Source: an uncultured Methanosarcinaceae archaeon (GTDB lineage: Archaea > Halobacteriota > Methanosarcinia > Methanosarcinales > Methanosarcinaceae). Taken from it: a stretch of DNA of 64,000 nt. The notes under the pieces were generated by a model. The model searched no databases and was not told the origin of the DNA. It was given only the letters and a program-made list of their open reading frames with translations. Made by a program: the position numbers and the translations under genes. Below, piece after piece: positions 11,826 through 23,004 of the stretch. The stretch spans positions 64,001 to 128,000 of the forward strand of contig CAVSHT010000009.1 of the NCBI GenBank assembly GCA_963727895.1, in the 5' to 3' direction. The first letter of the stretch is position 1. Every line of letters starts with the position of its first letter.

Positions 11826-13019
11826 TCAATATACCGGAATCAGTCCTGGGTTGTCGCCGGTAATGCATTCCCCACCTTGATCGGTTACTATAAATGTATT
11901 TTCGATTCCTACCATCCCAATATTTTCAATTCCTTTTTTAGGTTCAAGGGCAAATACCATTCCTTCCTGGAGGGGCTCATCAAACCCTTCTGCAATTACA
12001 GGCAGTTCATCGATTAGCAGTCCAACCGCGTGCCCGAGAAATTTGACTTTACGGTTGCCAAATCCCATGAAGTTATGTAGGAATTCCGAATCGAGATTAC
12101 TTATTATGGTATTGTAGATTTCAGAAGGAATAGATCCAGGTTTTAGCATTGAAGCTGCTTTGTTCTGTAGATCTACACATTTGTTATGGGCATCTATGGC
12201 GTATTGTGGAAGCGAAGAACCAAACATGTATGTTGTCGTTTTATCTGTGTTATAACCTTCAACTCCACATCCGATATCAATGAATACCAGATCTCCTTTT
12301 TTCAGCTTTCTGTCACGACTTCCAATAAGAGGAACCGCAGGACTCATCCCGTAAATTCCGCCAGGACCGTTAAAGTAAGAAGGATAAATCGAGCTTTCAC
12401 CAAAACAGACGTTTCCGAGGACCATTTCGGTATCAAACATCCCAAAACGACATAGTCCATGATGACCTTCTTCAACCATAACTGAATACAGTTCGGTTGA
12501 CAGGCCTACTTCACTCATTCCTTCCTTCAACATTTCAGGTACAAGATCTTCCAGCACATGCTGATGAATCCTTCCAGCTTCTCTTGTTAGCGAGAGTTCA
12601 TATTCGCTTTTTATTGCTCTGACAGCGCAAATTTGAGCGTCAACAGATTTGACATTCTTAAATAGAAAGTGTTTTTGAAACCTCTGGTATAAAGATAGAG
12701 GAACAATTTCAGTTTCAAGGTATACAGTTTCCGGAAGCTCATTTAGATTCTGTGCAGCATCACGAAAACTGCTCATAGGCTTTATATTGGAAAACAAGGA
12801 TTCATCAAGGGCTCTTTCATAGCTGCGGCGTACCCAAAAAGTTGCTTCTCCATTTTTAGGAATGATTAACATTCCATCCTGCATCGTACCTGTAAAATAA
12901 TACAGATTTATTTTGCTGAAGATAACTGCTATTTTCCAGTAGGGGTTTGATATATCCATTCGTTTTTTAAAATTGATCATGCGGTTTTTTAGTTCGGTCA
13001 AAGGTACTTTCTTAATCAT
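11826..13019 (-). CDS. Xaa-Pro peptidase family (M24)
   Basis: DIG...GY.TD.T, GHAVGL..DE.P, ALEPK, GIENT metal ligands. Confidence 0.9.
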   Translation of the reverse strand: MIKKVPLTELKNRMINFKKRMDISNPYWKIAVIFSKINLYYFTGTMQDGMLIIPKNGEATFWVRRSYERALDESLFSNIKPMSSFRDAAQNLNELPETVYLETEIVPLSLYQRFQKHFLFKNVKSVDAQICAVRAIKSEYELSLTREAGRIHQHVLEDLVPEMLKEGMSEVGLSTELYSVMVEEGHHGLCRFGMFDTEMVLGNVCFGESSIYPSYFNGPGGIYGMSPAVPLIGSRDRKLKKGDLVFIDIGCGVEGYNTDKTTTYMFGSSLPQYAIDAHNKCVDLQNKAASMLKPGSIPSEIYNTIISNLDSEFLHNFMGFGNRKVKFLGHAVGLLIDELPVIAEGFDEPLQEGMVFALEPKKGIENIGMVGIENTFIVTDQGGECITGDNPGLIPVY

Positions 13020-13227
13020 GGGGATCTCTTTAGGTTATCTGTTATCAATTATAGAAATGTAACTCAGAATAGTGAAAAATGAAAACTAGAAGATCTGTCG
13101 TAGAAAACGTTACTAATAATAAATTTAATATGTAAAATAGTATTAAACCTATATCATAATAAACATTAGATTTTGTTAACAAGTTATTGTCATCAAGTTG
13201 AAGTTAAAAAATCGATGAGATAAAAGT

Positions 13228-14619
13228 ATGAGTAAATCGAAAGAACAAGACTCTCTTATACTAGATCATATTCTGAATGAAACTCAGTATAACAATGTTC
13301 CAAAAAGTTCCGGAGTCTTTATCAGTTACAGTCACGACTCTAGTAAACATGAAGAATGTGTGTTGCAACTTTCAAATCGCTTATGTAGAGAAGGAATTGA
13401 TTCTAATATAGATCAGTACGAAACCTCTCCTTCTGAAGGATGGCCCCGCTGGATGGTCAATCAAATAGATGAAGCTGATTATGTTCTTATAGTATGTACA
13501 GAGAACTATGAAAAACGATTTAAGGGTAAAGAGGAAGCTGGAAAGGGACTTGGAGCAAAGTGGGAAGGCGCGATTATTACACAAGAGCTATACTACTCTG
13601 AAGCTAACAATAAATGTATCCCTATTGTATTTTCTCTTGAAAATTCAAAATATATTCCTTCTATTCTAAAACATGTTACTTACTACAACCCTAGTACAGA
13701 GGAAGATTACATTAAGCTTTATAGCCGTCTTACAGGTCAAAAACTTATTGAAAAACCAGCTATTGGAAAATTAAGGCAGATACCACCAAAAAACATATCT
13801 TCCGTTTTAAGTGCAGAAGATAAAGAAGAAAATTTAATTGAGAGCAAAAAGAAACCTGTAATTGGGAAATTAAGGGAAATAAATAGTGAATCTCAGAGCC
13901 CCAAGATTCCTGAAACTTTCATTAGTGATATTACAGGTATGGAATTTGTTTTGATCCCTGCAGGTGAATTTATGATGGGATCACAAAAGAAAGCTGGTGT
14001 TTTAAATTTTCTAAGGAACTCTACTGAATCCCCAGCTCATGAAGTAACCATTGAGCATCATTTCTATCTCGGTAAATTTCCAGTTACTCAGAAACAGTGG
14101 ATTGCAGTAATGAGTGAAAATTCTTCTAAAATTAAAGACAATAACCGACCAGTAGAAAATATTTTATGGGAGGAAACTCAAGAATTTATTAAACAACTCA
14201 ATGAAATAGAAGGAACTGACAAGTACCGTTTGCCCTCTGAGACTGAATGGGAATACGCCTGTGGAGCTGGTACACAAACAAAGTATTCGTTTGGAGATAA
14301 TGATTCAAAGCTTAATGAATATGCGTGGTACTTTGGTTCCAGTACTACTCAACCAATCGGCAAAAAAGAACCAAATCCCTGGGGTCTTTATGACATGTAT
14401 GGTAATGTGTTCGAACGTGTTCAGGACACTTGGCATAGTAACTATATTGGTGCTCCTTCAGATGGTAGCGCACGGAAAGATAGGGATTCCTCCTGCCAAC
14501 CGATTCGTGGTGGTGCTTTTCATAGTTTTGCAAGAAATTGCAATTCAGCATATCGTTTAAGCGCTAAATTTACTTCTCGAAAAAATGATATCGGGCTTCG
14601 TCTTTTAAGAGAACTATAA
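13228..14619 (+). CDS. SEFIR/TIR domain + FGE-sulfatase (CLec-fold) domain protein
   Basis: VFISYSHDS..H...V..L..RL...GID...DQY, G..WEG (SEFIR); IPAGEF.MGS, RLPSE.EWEYAC, NPWGLYDM.GNV.E, RGG, GLRL (FGE). Confidence 0.9.
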   Translation: MSKSKEQDSLILDHILNETQYNNVPKSSGVFISYSHDSSKHEECVLQLSNRLCREGIDSNIDQYETSPSEGWPRWMVNQIDEADYVLIVCTENYEKRFKGKEEAGKGLGAKWEGAIITQELYYSEANNKCIPIVFSLENSKYIPSILKHVTYYNPSTEEDYIKLYSRLTGQKLIEKPAIGKLRQIPPKNISSVLSAEDKEENLIESKKKPVIGKLREINSESQSPKIPETFISDITGMEFVLIPAGEFMMGSQKKAGVLNFLRNSTESPAHEVTIEHHFYLGKFPVTQKQWIAVMSENSSKIKDNNRPVENILWEETQEFIKQLNEIEGTDKYRLPSETEWEYACGAGTQTKYSFGDNDSKLNEYAWYFGSSTTQPIGKKEPNPWGLYDMYGNVFERVQDTWHSNYIGAPSDGSARKDRDSSCQPIRGGAFHSFARNCNSAYRLSAKFTSRKNDIGLRLLREL

Positions 14620-14755
14620 CTTTTTTATTTCTTGTTTAGATTTCCTGAGTACAGAATTAAAACTTTCACATTTCCTATTATGTTTTAACAAAAAGCTTGA
14701 ACTTTCACCAGAAACAAAAGGTAAGAAACAAAGGAATTTTTGAAAAGGGTTAATT

Positions 14756-15295
14756 ATGTTAAGAAAATTTGAAGATCTTATTGGAACGGCTTCAGGAATG
14801 GGGCTGAAGGCATATCTCTTGGACGCAGGAGATGTCCCGGTTGAGAACAGAGTTGCTTTGAAGTGTGCCTATGGTTGCAAAGGTTATGGGTGTAGATTAA
14901 GTTGCCCACCATATATTATGTCAATTGATGATTTTAAAAAAGTTATAAAGGAATATAGTAGTGCGCTTTTACTTGTAGATGAACATGACACTTCGCAGGT
15001 TCCAGAAATCACGAAAGCCTGGGAGGAAATTCGCAAGGACTCTTTCCATAAAATGTTAGATTTTGAACATCAAGCTTTCAGGGAAGGTTTTACATTTGCT
15101 CATCTCCTCAGGCCAGGTTCCTGCAACGAATGTGATGTTTGCAACCTTGAAAAGTGCATAAAGCCGGAGATGAGGCGTTTTGCACCTGAAGCTGTAGGAA
15201 TAAACCTCCAAAAAGCGATGGAAAAAGCAGGAATTATACTTGAGTTCTGCAAGCCCAAAAAAATCGAATGTATTGGAATTTTGCTGCTTGAATAA
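14756..15295 (+). CDS. DUF2284-type metal-binding protein
   Basis: C.YGC..YG..LSCPP, GSC..C..C, C..PE..R..PEA.GI. Confidence 0.8.
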   Translation: MLRKFEDLIGTASGMGLKAYLLDAGDVPVENRVALKCAYGCKGYGCRLSCPPYIMSIDDFKKVIKEYSSALLLVDEHDTSQVPEITKAWEEIRKDSFHKMLDFEHQAFREGFTFAHLLRPGSCNECDVCNLEKCIKPEMRRFAPEAVGINLQKAMEKAGIILEFCKPKKIECIGILLLE

Positions 15296-15579
15296 AGTTA
15301 AGTGGGAATAAATCAAGCACATTAAAAAAATGTTAAAACATTTTCAGGAAAAATCGAAATTAAGAGAAATTCCAGCTTACACATAGAGAATTAATAAAAA
15401 ATGTAGTTCAATGTTACTGAAAAATATATTTGATAGTTTGATAAATTGTATAGATTTAAATTCGCCATAAATAATATTTTATTTTTGGCTACCGTAATAT
15501 GATTACCGAAGACAGAAGTTATATTAACTCCCCGATATATTTTTATGGAAAATAATAGCAAACTGGAGGTATTTTCAAA

Positions 15580-16287
15580 TTGAGTGCTGAAAAATTAAAA
15601 ATAGCTGTCTTAGGAGGAACTGGCAATATAGGAGAAGGTATGGTTCTCAGACTAGCCCTTCAAAACCTTATGGCTGAAGGCGTAAAGAACGAGATAATTA
15701 TAGGGTCAAGATCAAAGGAATCTGCCGATGAAGCTGTAAAAAAAGATTTAGCCGAACTTGAGAATTGCGGGTTTGATACCTCAGAAATAACTATTACAGG
15801 AAACGACAACCTTGAAGCTGCGAAGGCAGCCGAAATAATAATTGTTACTCTTCGTTTTGACAATGTTTTACCTTTGCTGCATGAGATTCGTGAAGCTCTT
15901 GAAAATAAAATTCTTATCACTCCTGTAGTCCCTATGATAAAGGAAGGAGACCTGTTTGTATACAAACCTCCAGTAGAAGGTTCAGCTGCTCTTGCAATTC
16001 AGAAAAACGTTCCAGCTTCAACAAAAGTTGTTGCAGCTTTCCAGAATATTCCAGCAGGAAAATTAAAAGACATTGCCAAGTGCAAAGCTGTACACAATGC
16101 ATTAGTATGCGGTGATGATGAAGAATCAAAGAAGCTGGTCATTAAGCTTACAGAGCATATGGGATGCCTGAAGCCCCTGGATGGAGGTCCACTTAAACAG
16201 GCAAATACTATGGAATCGCTTACACCATTGCTGATAAACCTTGGAAGACTTAATGGACTTAAAGATCTTGGAATAAACTTTTCATGA
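15580..16287 (+). CDS. npdG: NADPH-dependent F420 reductase
   Basis: GGTG..G.G Rossmann motif, IGSR, GSAA, AAFQN, D.G.L...E.LT. Confidence 0.88.
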   Translation: MSAEKLKIAVLGGTGNIGEGMVLRLALQNLMAEGVKNEIIIGSRSKESADEAVKKDLAELENCGFDTSEITITGNDNLEAAKAAEIIIVTLRFDNVLPLLHEIREALENKILITPVVPMIKEGDLFVYKPPVEGSAALAIQKNVPASTKVVAAFQNIPAGKLKDIAKCKAVHNALVCGDDEESKKLVIKLTEHMGCLKPLDGGPLKQANTMESLTPLLINLGRLNGLKDLGINFS

Positions 16288-16743
16288 AAATTTATAAATG
16301 AGTTATATTTATATTACACTAAATATAATATACCAATAGGCATAGGTTTTACGGAATTCCATATAAGAACCTCTGCCTGAGGTATAAGTATAAACTCATT
16401 AACAGATTATTGAAAAGATAACTCTTTTTACTCAAAGTTGCCAATTTTAATTCAAATTCTTTATCCATATTTTCAATTTCAAATAGATTTAGGTTATGTT
16501 AAATATTATGAAGGTAATAACCAGCATGAGGAAAATCTTTAAGAAAAGAGCTGACAAGTGAAAAATCTGGAAAAAGGCTTTTATGAAAAGATGTGTTGGA
16601 AAGAAGCCTGTATATTATGAAGTTTCCTGTATATTATAAAGTTTCAGAAACCATTTTCAGCTGTGGAGTTTTCTCTTAATCTATTGTTTTTTACTTTTCG
16701 TCTCTAATAAGGATGAACCAACTAAATCAGACAGTGAATCTGT

Positions 16744-17229
16744 ATGAGTGAAGAATTGCCAAAAGTGTTAAAGGCGGCAGGGCTTGATTTACTTTCCTGC
16801 ATGCAGTGTGGCATATGCACAGGGAGTTGTCCTTCAGGAAGACACACCGGGCTCAATACGCGAAGAATTCTTCGGGAAGCGCGCAAGAATAGGGCAACAG
16901 TCCTATCCGATGATGCCCTCTGGCTCTGTACAACCTGCTACACCTGCCAGGAACGCTGCCCGCGTGAAATACCAATAACTGATGCTCTCCTTGAGATCAG
17001 AAGACTTGCTGTAAAAAAAGGTTTCATGCTTCCAGAACATAAGAAGGTCTCAGAGATGGTCATGGAGTATGGGCATTCAGTCCCTCTTGATGAAGAAACA
17101 AAAATAAAGAGGGAAGAACTAGGGCTCGATCCCATACCTACGACAGTTCAAAAGTATCCTGAAGCTCTTCAAGAGGTAAGGAAGCTTCTCAAAGCATGTA
17201 AATTTGATGAGCTGGTATCTGAAAAATAA
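16744..17229 (+). CDS. hdrC: Heterodisulfide reductase subunit C
   Basis: CMQCGICTGSCP and WLCTTCYTCQERCPR. Confidence 0.93.
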   Translation: MSEELPKVLKAAGLDLLSCMQCGICTGSCPSGRHTGLNTRRILREARKNRATVLSDDALWLCTTCYTCQERCPREIPITDALLEIRRLAVKKGFMLPEHKKVSEMVMEYGHSVPLDEETKIKREELGLDPIPTTVQKYPEALQEVRKLLKACKFDELVSEK

Positions 17230-17240
17230 GGAGGCAGAAC

Positions 17241-18143
17241 ATGAAAAAATTATCACTATTTCTTGGATGCATTATACCAAATCGTTATCCTGGTATTGAA
17301 AAAGCAACTAAACTCTGCCTTCAGACTCTTGATATCGATGTATCAGATCTGCCAGAAGCCTCCTGCTGTCCTGCTCCAGGAGTCTTCAAATCCTTTGATA
17401 AAGCAACCTGGCTTGCCCTTGCCAGTCGAAATATCGTTCTTTCAGAAAAACTCGATCGAGACATTCTTACAGTATGCAACGGCTGCTACGGCTCTTTGGC
17501 AGATGCTAATTTAGAACTGAAAAAAGATCCAGAGCTGAAGGAATCCACTAACAAATGCCTTAAGGAAATAGGTATGGAATTTAGAGGCACTGTAGAGGTA
17601 AGACACATCGTAGAATTTTTGTATAAAGAATTTGGATCTGAGAAGCTTAAAGAACATATAAAAACCCATCTTGACCTTAAAGTTGCACTTCACTATGGAT
17701 GTCATCTTATTAAACCTTCAAGAGACAGGAAACTTGGAGAAACAGAAGCTCCGGTTTTTTTTGATGAACTTGTTGAAGCTACTGGTGCAAAAAGTGTAGA
17801 TTATACCGACAAAATGATGTGCTGTGGAGCAGGAGGAGGAGTTCGTTCAGGGCACGCTATTGAATCTCTTGAGATGCTCGAACATAAACTCTTCTGTATT
17901 CAACAAGCAGGAGTAGACTGTATTGTCAATGCATGTCCTTTCTGTCATCTGCAATTTGATAGGGGACAGCTTGCAGTAAATGAAAAATTTGGAAAAGAGT
18001 ACTCGATTCCGGTTCTCCATTATTCTCAGCTATTAGGTCTTGCTCTTGGTTTTTCTCCATCTGATCTTGGAATTGAGCAGAACGCAGTTCAGAATATTGA
18101 GTTTCTTGCAAAAATCTATGAGATCAGCACAGGTCTAAAATGA
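17241..18143 (+). CDS. hdrB: Heterodisulfide reductase subunit B
   Basis: FLGC, SCCPAPG, CNGC, HYGCH, CCGAGGG, CPFC.LQFD (CCG domains). Confidence 0.95.
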   Translation: MKKLSLFLGCIIPNRYPGIEKATKLCLQTLDIDVSDLPEASCCPAPGVFKSFDKATWLALASRNIVLSEKLDRDILTVCNGCYGSLADANLELKKDPELKESTNKCLKEIGMEFRGTVEVRHIVEFLYKEFGSEKLKEHIKTHLDLKVALHYGCHLIKPSRDRKLGETEAPVFFDELVEATGAKSVDYTDKMMCCGAGGGVRSGHAIESLEMLEHKLFCIQQAGVDCIVNACPFCHLQFDRGQLAVNEKFGKEYSIPVLHYSQLLGLALGFSPSDLGIEQNAVQNIEFLAKIYEISTGLK

Positions 18144-18250
18144 AAGTTTGTTGAATATCCTGTAACAAGTTCTATTGAATATTCTGTAACAGATGTTTCA
18201 ATTAACAATTAAAGATCAAAAAATATGTAAGAAATATATTTTTTGGTTTT

Positions 18251-18787
18251 TCAAAAACTCTTAAATTTTTGATTTTCATCTTGCATATACCACAGACATT
18301 TCTGTTTCCATTTGCAAGTCCCGCAGACTTCTTCAATATTGGATATATTACTCAAGTGTGAATTGATTAACCTGAAGGCTTCATCTGCCTTCATAATTGA
18401 TCCTTCTGTTATCTTCAATTTCTTCATTACGAGTAAATCCATATTTCGAATTCTATGAGATGAAACTGATTTCTGGGCAGTACATTCATTTTTGTTTGGG
18501 CAGGAAGCACAGATTACATCACATTTGGATACTAGCTCCAGATGTAGTAAAGGAGAATTCTTGATGTCCGAAATTATGGCTCGCATATTGGTTACAAAAG
18601 AAGGGCTGTATCCATATCCTTGAAAACCCTGCATACAACACAGATGATGAGCTCTGATCTTTAAAAATTTAGACTCGGTTTTAAAATCAGATTTAACTGT
18701 TTTTGTTTTTTTTGAGCATGTTTGTTTCCAAGACTTTAAGTCACGGAACAAAAAAGAAATGTTGCTAAACTCATTCAATAATGTCAA
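18251..18787 (-). CDS. DUF1284-type Cys-rich protein (start uncertain)
   Basis: IRAHH.CCMQGFQG.GYS..F..NM, D.IC..CP, C..C.W...C. Confidence 0.75.
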   Translation of the reverse strand: MTLLNEFSNISFLFRDLKSWKQTCSKKTKTVKSDFKTESKFLKIRAHHLCCMQGFQGYGYSPSFVTNMRAIISDIKNSPLLHLELVSKCDVICASCPNKNECTAQKSVSSHRIRNMDLLVMKKLKITEGSIMKADEAFRLINSHLSNISNIEEVCGTCKWKQKCLWYMQDENQKFKSF

Positions 18788-19304
18788 CTCTTGAATCAGC
18801 TAATTGAGGTAATTCCTGAATAGGCAATGCTATAGAAGGAGCTTCAGAATATTTTGCAAAGAGAATATCATAACCTGTTTTAAGTCCCAACATTATATTG
18901 AGATTAGTATGGTCGTTATTCAGGAGTAGAGCTTGACCTATAGGATTACAAGCTGCTTCAAATTCCAGGTCATTAGATTTTTTAATTCCAAGACTGGTTT
19001 TTTCGAAGCTGCAGACTTTACAACAAACTGAAAAGACCTCAAAATATTTTGAAAGGATTTCATAAACAAGCTTTGCTTCTCTCTCATACTCTATGCAGAA
19101 AGCGATTCCTATTTTTTTATAATCAAGCTTTTTTGCATAAATAGTTACTTCCTCTAATTTGGTTCTTTTTATATGATATGATTCAAGCCATGAAGATATT
19201 TGGATTGCCTTAAGATTATCTCCTGTATACTCAAGCCCAGATTTAATCACAGAACAGTTTTTACCTTCCATGCATTCCTTGATTCTGCATAACGCGCACT
19301 GCAC
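18771..19304 (-). CDS. DUF1847-type metal-binding protein
   Basis: CA.C, KKIGIAFC, SVCCKV, CNPIGQA..LN; GTG start inferred. Confidence 0.78.
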   Translation of the reverse strand: MQCALCRIKECMEGKNCSVIKSGLEYTGDNLKAIQISSWLESYHIKRTKLEEVTIYAKKLDYKKIGIAFCIEYEREAKLVYEILSKYFEVFSVCCKVCSFEKTSLGIKKSNDLEFEAACNPIGQALLLNNDHTNLNIMLGLKTGYDILFAKYSEAPSIALPIQELPQLADSRVDIIE

Positions 19305-19952
19305 ACTCTTTTTCTCCCGAATATTTAACGTAAGTAGGATAGTTATGAACACAAATAAGCTCTGAAATAATAAATATTCCTATAAAGGATATAAAAATAT
19401 AGAATTAGAGTTTTAGGCGTAAAAATAAGAAAAATTAATACAAAAATTATGAAACATCTATTTTTATGTAAGGAGGCTGTTCATATTTATGTCCAGCTTT
19501 TGTGTAGACATTTTTTGTTGTCGCTTTTTTGAAGAGTCTTGCAACACAGCCAGTTAAATCTCTAAAAATGCTTTCTGTATCTACAAACACTCAAGTTCCA
19601 TGAATCAAATATGTAAATCTACACTATTTCCCTTTTGAGCTATTTTCCACCACCACTTTTGCAGAGATTTAAAAGAAATAATCTCAAGTTTATTATATAT
19701 CATTTATATTTGTCAGATACATTTTCTACATATTTACTTATTACCATATATGCTTGTTTGTTCAAAATTCTGCTAAGTAATTATTTTAGTATATGTCATT
19801 TTGATAAACACTCATACTTTCATGAAAATAGAATAAACTTTCTGCACATATACTGCTTTAAATTTCACTCCATTTGTGCAGAAATAGTTATAATTTTCCT
19901 CTTGAACAGAGAAATTGTTATATATTTATTCTACAATGTGCATAAGTAACCT

Positions 19953-20294
19953 ATGAAAAAATGCAGAGGAAGACCAAAGTGCCCCAGGCGTGTTGAGCAG
20001 AACGCCCAGATATCACATATTTCAAACCCAGAGGAGTTCCACTATCAGATCTTGAGGTTGTATCCATCACAGTTGAAGAGCTTGAGGCTCTGAGGCTTGT
20101 AGACGTTGAAGGCCTCAAGCAGGAAGATGCAGCCATCAGGGTTGGAATCTCAAGAAGAGCTTTCTGGGAAGATCTGAAAGCTGCCAGAATGAAAATAGCT
20201 CTGGCCCTTACCACAGGAAAAGCGTATCGAAATAAAAGGCGGTAACTATATCAGCGCTGAAAACGCTGACATTAGTGAAGATGCTGACACTTGA
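19953..20294 (+). CDS. DUF134 HTH protein, interrupted by three +1 insertions
   Basis: [14 protein letters not shown]...YFKPRGVP...[22 protein letters not shown]...GKAIEIKGG; absent from the ORF track. Confidence 0.8.
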
Positions 20295-20381
20295 TGTTGA
20301 CACATTTAATGCTGACACTTAAAAGAGAAAATTGAAAACCCTGAAAGTGAAAAATGCGGAAATTTTATATAGGCGATAAAA

Positions 20382-21225
20382 ATGACAGATAAGGTTCAAC
20401 CACTTGAAAGCTTGTCGAAAAAGCCAGAGGAACCAAAAATAGTAGTCAACCTCAGGCGCATCAAACGCAAGATCATGATAATGAGCGGAAAAGGAGGAGT
20501 AGGAAAAAGTACAGTTGCAGCAAACCTAGCTGTCGGGCTGGCCCTGCGTGGATATAGAGTTGGGCTTCTTGACTGCGATATTCATGGTCCAACCATTCCC
20601 ACAATTTTCGGGTTAGAATCTCAAAGGCCTGATGTTACTGAAGAAGGTATTCTCCCAATTCAGGTACTAGCCAATCTTTCAGTAATGTCTATTGGCTTTC
20701 TGCTTGAAAATAAGGATTCTCCTATAATCTGGAGAGGGCCTGCCAAAATGGGAGCAATCAAACAATTTTTAGAAGAGGTTTACTGGGGAGACACTCGATT
20801 TTCTTATTATAGACTTGCCCCCTGGTACAGGAGACGAACCACTGAGTGTTGCCCAACTAATCCCTAATTGCGATGGTTCGGTGCTTGTTACAACTCCTCA
20901 GGATGTAGCTCTCATTAGTGTTCGAAAATCAATCAAATTTTCAGAAAAACTCAATGTACCTATTATAGGGCTTGTTGACAATATGCATGGGCTTATTTGC
21001 CCTCACTGCGGTAAGTCAATAGAGATATTCGGAACTGGAGGCGTGGAAAAAGCCTCAGCAGATTTCAATGTTCCTATTCTTGCTAGACTTCCTATTGAAC
21101 CCAAAGTAGCAGAAATGGAAGATAAAGGCACTGTTGTCCAGGGTTTACTTGAACACAATACTGAATGGCAGAAAAACTTCGAAGATGTTGTAACAGCAGT
21201 CGAAAAAACTCTGAAGGAAAATTAA
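20382..21225 (+). CDS. Mrp/NBP35 Fe-S carrier ATPase; +1 frameshift near 20791
   Basis: SGKGGVGKST, DCDIHGP, WRGP, then PPGTGD, VTTPQ, CPHC in the next frame. Confidence 0.9.
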
Positions 21226-21636
21226 GTAATGTAAAAGGCGAAAAATGTACCTATAATTCAAGGATTGCCCCGATTTTTTAAATAAGCTGGTCTTATGAAA
21301 GACTAACTTATTTTTCAATGAATTGATTTAGATTATCATATATAGTGAGTTTGAGATTTATAGTAACGTAGAGAGTTATGAAATTCAGGGATCTATTTTA
21401 AAAACAGTGAGAACTCTTTTTACTTGGCAAATATTTTCATTCCATACGGTTAATTATTTGAAGCTTATAGATAATTCTATTTCAATATTACAATAGGAAT
21501 TATAATTTTACAATAAACAGAAAACGATGATAATTTGTGAAATTCGTAAATTATTGTCACATAATATATAGTTATTATATGAGATTATTAATCACATAAT
21601 CTGTAAATATACAAATTAAAGACTAATGATGAGAAT

Positions 21637-22227
21637 ATGAAAAAACTAGTTGTATTATTGATATTCCTCGTAGCTGTCGTTTTTGCTGCTGGTTGTACGG
21701 AAGAAAGTCAGGAAAATTCTACTGCAAATTTTACTGTCCAGGAAAATTCCACGAATCTTCAGGGAACTCAAGATATAAATGGAACTGTAGAAGCAAATGA
21801 GTCTAAACAGAACACAAGCCTTACAAAAAAGAATGAAAGCAGTGTTCTTCAAGTGACCAGCCTTGAACAAATAAATGCATCCCTTAAACAAGGGCCGGTT
21901 CTTATGAAAATCGGGTCTAAACACTGCGGACCGTGTCAGGCTATGAGGCCCATGCTAAAGGAACTGGCAACGGAATACTCTGGAAGAGCCAATATTGTGT
22001 CCATAGATATAACAGAGAGCCCTGATCTTGCAACCTATTTTAATATAGCATATGTCCCTGATACCACTTTAATCATGGGTATTAAGAACGGAGAATATGT
22101 CTACCTGCAAGAAGACGGACAACTGACTACAGAGCGATTAAAAGCCAGAATTAGAGGACAAATGGAAAAAGAAGTATATGAGGAACGCATTAATCTTGCT
22201 CTTCAGAAGGAAAACAGTACATCATAA
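21637..22227 (+). CDS. Lipoprotein thioredoxin (extracellular)
   Basis: Signal peptide with lipobox FAAGC; CGPC active site; N-x-S/T-rich linker. Confidence 0.85.
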   Translation: MKKLVVLLIFLVAVVFAAGCTEESQENSTANFTVQENSTNLQGTQDINGTVEANESKQNTSLTKKNESSVLQVTSLEQINASLKQGPVLMKIGSKHCGPCQAMRPMLKELATEYSGRANIVSIDITESPDLATYFNIAYVPDTTLIMGIKNGEYVYLQEDGQLTTERLKARIRGQMEKEVYEERINLALQKENSTS

Positions 22228-22353
22228 TAAACATAAGCTTTAATGGATAGAATTAATTTCCAGCCCCATATTAAAGAAATAAAAGTTTAGGTTTATAGTA
22301 AACCCTGATTTTCGGAAGAAAAACAATCAGAGAACTACAAAAATGAAAAAACT

Positions 22354-23004
22354 ATGTATCCTGAAGCTATTTCCCCTGTGGCTGCATTTGGAGCCGGAAT
22401 TCTGAGTGTTCTGTCTCCCTGCATCCTTCCTCTTCTACCTGCTGTCCTGGCGACATCCGCAGGAAAAAATAAATTGAGACCTCTTGCGATAGTGCTTGGG
22501 GTCTCAATATCCTTCACCATAATGGGAATAGTAAGTTCTGCCTTTGGAGCAATTTTCACTGCTTACACAGAGCAGTTGAAAATTATTGCAGAGATCTTGA
22601 TTCTCATTATGGGCTTCGCACTATTACTTGACATAAGTCTTTTCAATGCATTTTCAAAGTTTCCCCTTTTAGGAAAAATGAATGAAGAAGGATCGATTTC
22701 AGGCTTCTTGCTTGGCCTTTCCCTCGGTGTTCTCTGGATCCCTTGTGTAGGACCAATTTTAGGCTCTATCCTTACCATGGTAGCTCTGGAAGGGGATGCT
22801 GCTACTGGAGCTCTTACCCTTTCAATTTATTCGCTTGGATTTGCTATACCAATGCTCTTGCTCGCGTACTCGGCTCACTTTACATCTTCTAAAATTCGGG
22901 TTATATCAAAGTGGGATAGAGTTTTCAAAAAAGGAGCAGGAATAGTACTCATTCTAGTCGGGCTTTATATGATATACCAGAATAATCTTCAATTGTTTAT
23001 TTAA
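22354..23004 (+). CDS. ccdA: CcdA/DsbD-type thiol-disulfide transporter
   Basis: G.LS.LSPC.LP and W.PC.GP.L; six hydrophobic segments. Confidence 0.9.
   Translation: MYPEAISPVAAFGAGILSVLSPCILPLLPAVLATSAGKNKLRPLAIVLGVSISFTIMGIVSSAFGAIFTAYTEQLKIIAEILILIMGFALLLDISLFNAFSKFPLLGKMNEEGSISGFLLGLSLGVLWIPCVGPILGSILTMVALEGDAATGALTLSIYSLGFAIPMLLLAYSAHFTSSKIRVISKWDRVFKKGAGIVLILVGLYMIYQNNLQLFI

Noticed and set aside
19470..19560. GGCTGT...ACAGCC as a tiny MITE
   Set aside because: Inverted repeat only about 6 bp and no clear TSD
19635..19949. AT-rich ORFs at 174-470, 3704-3955, 19635-19949, 25600-25806 and 39163-39366
   Set aside because: Intergenic-like composition, no motifs or SD; likely spurious
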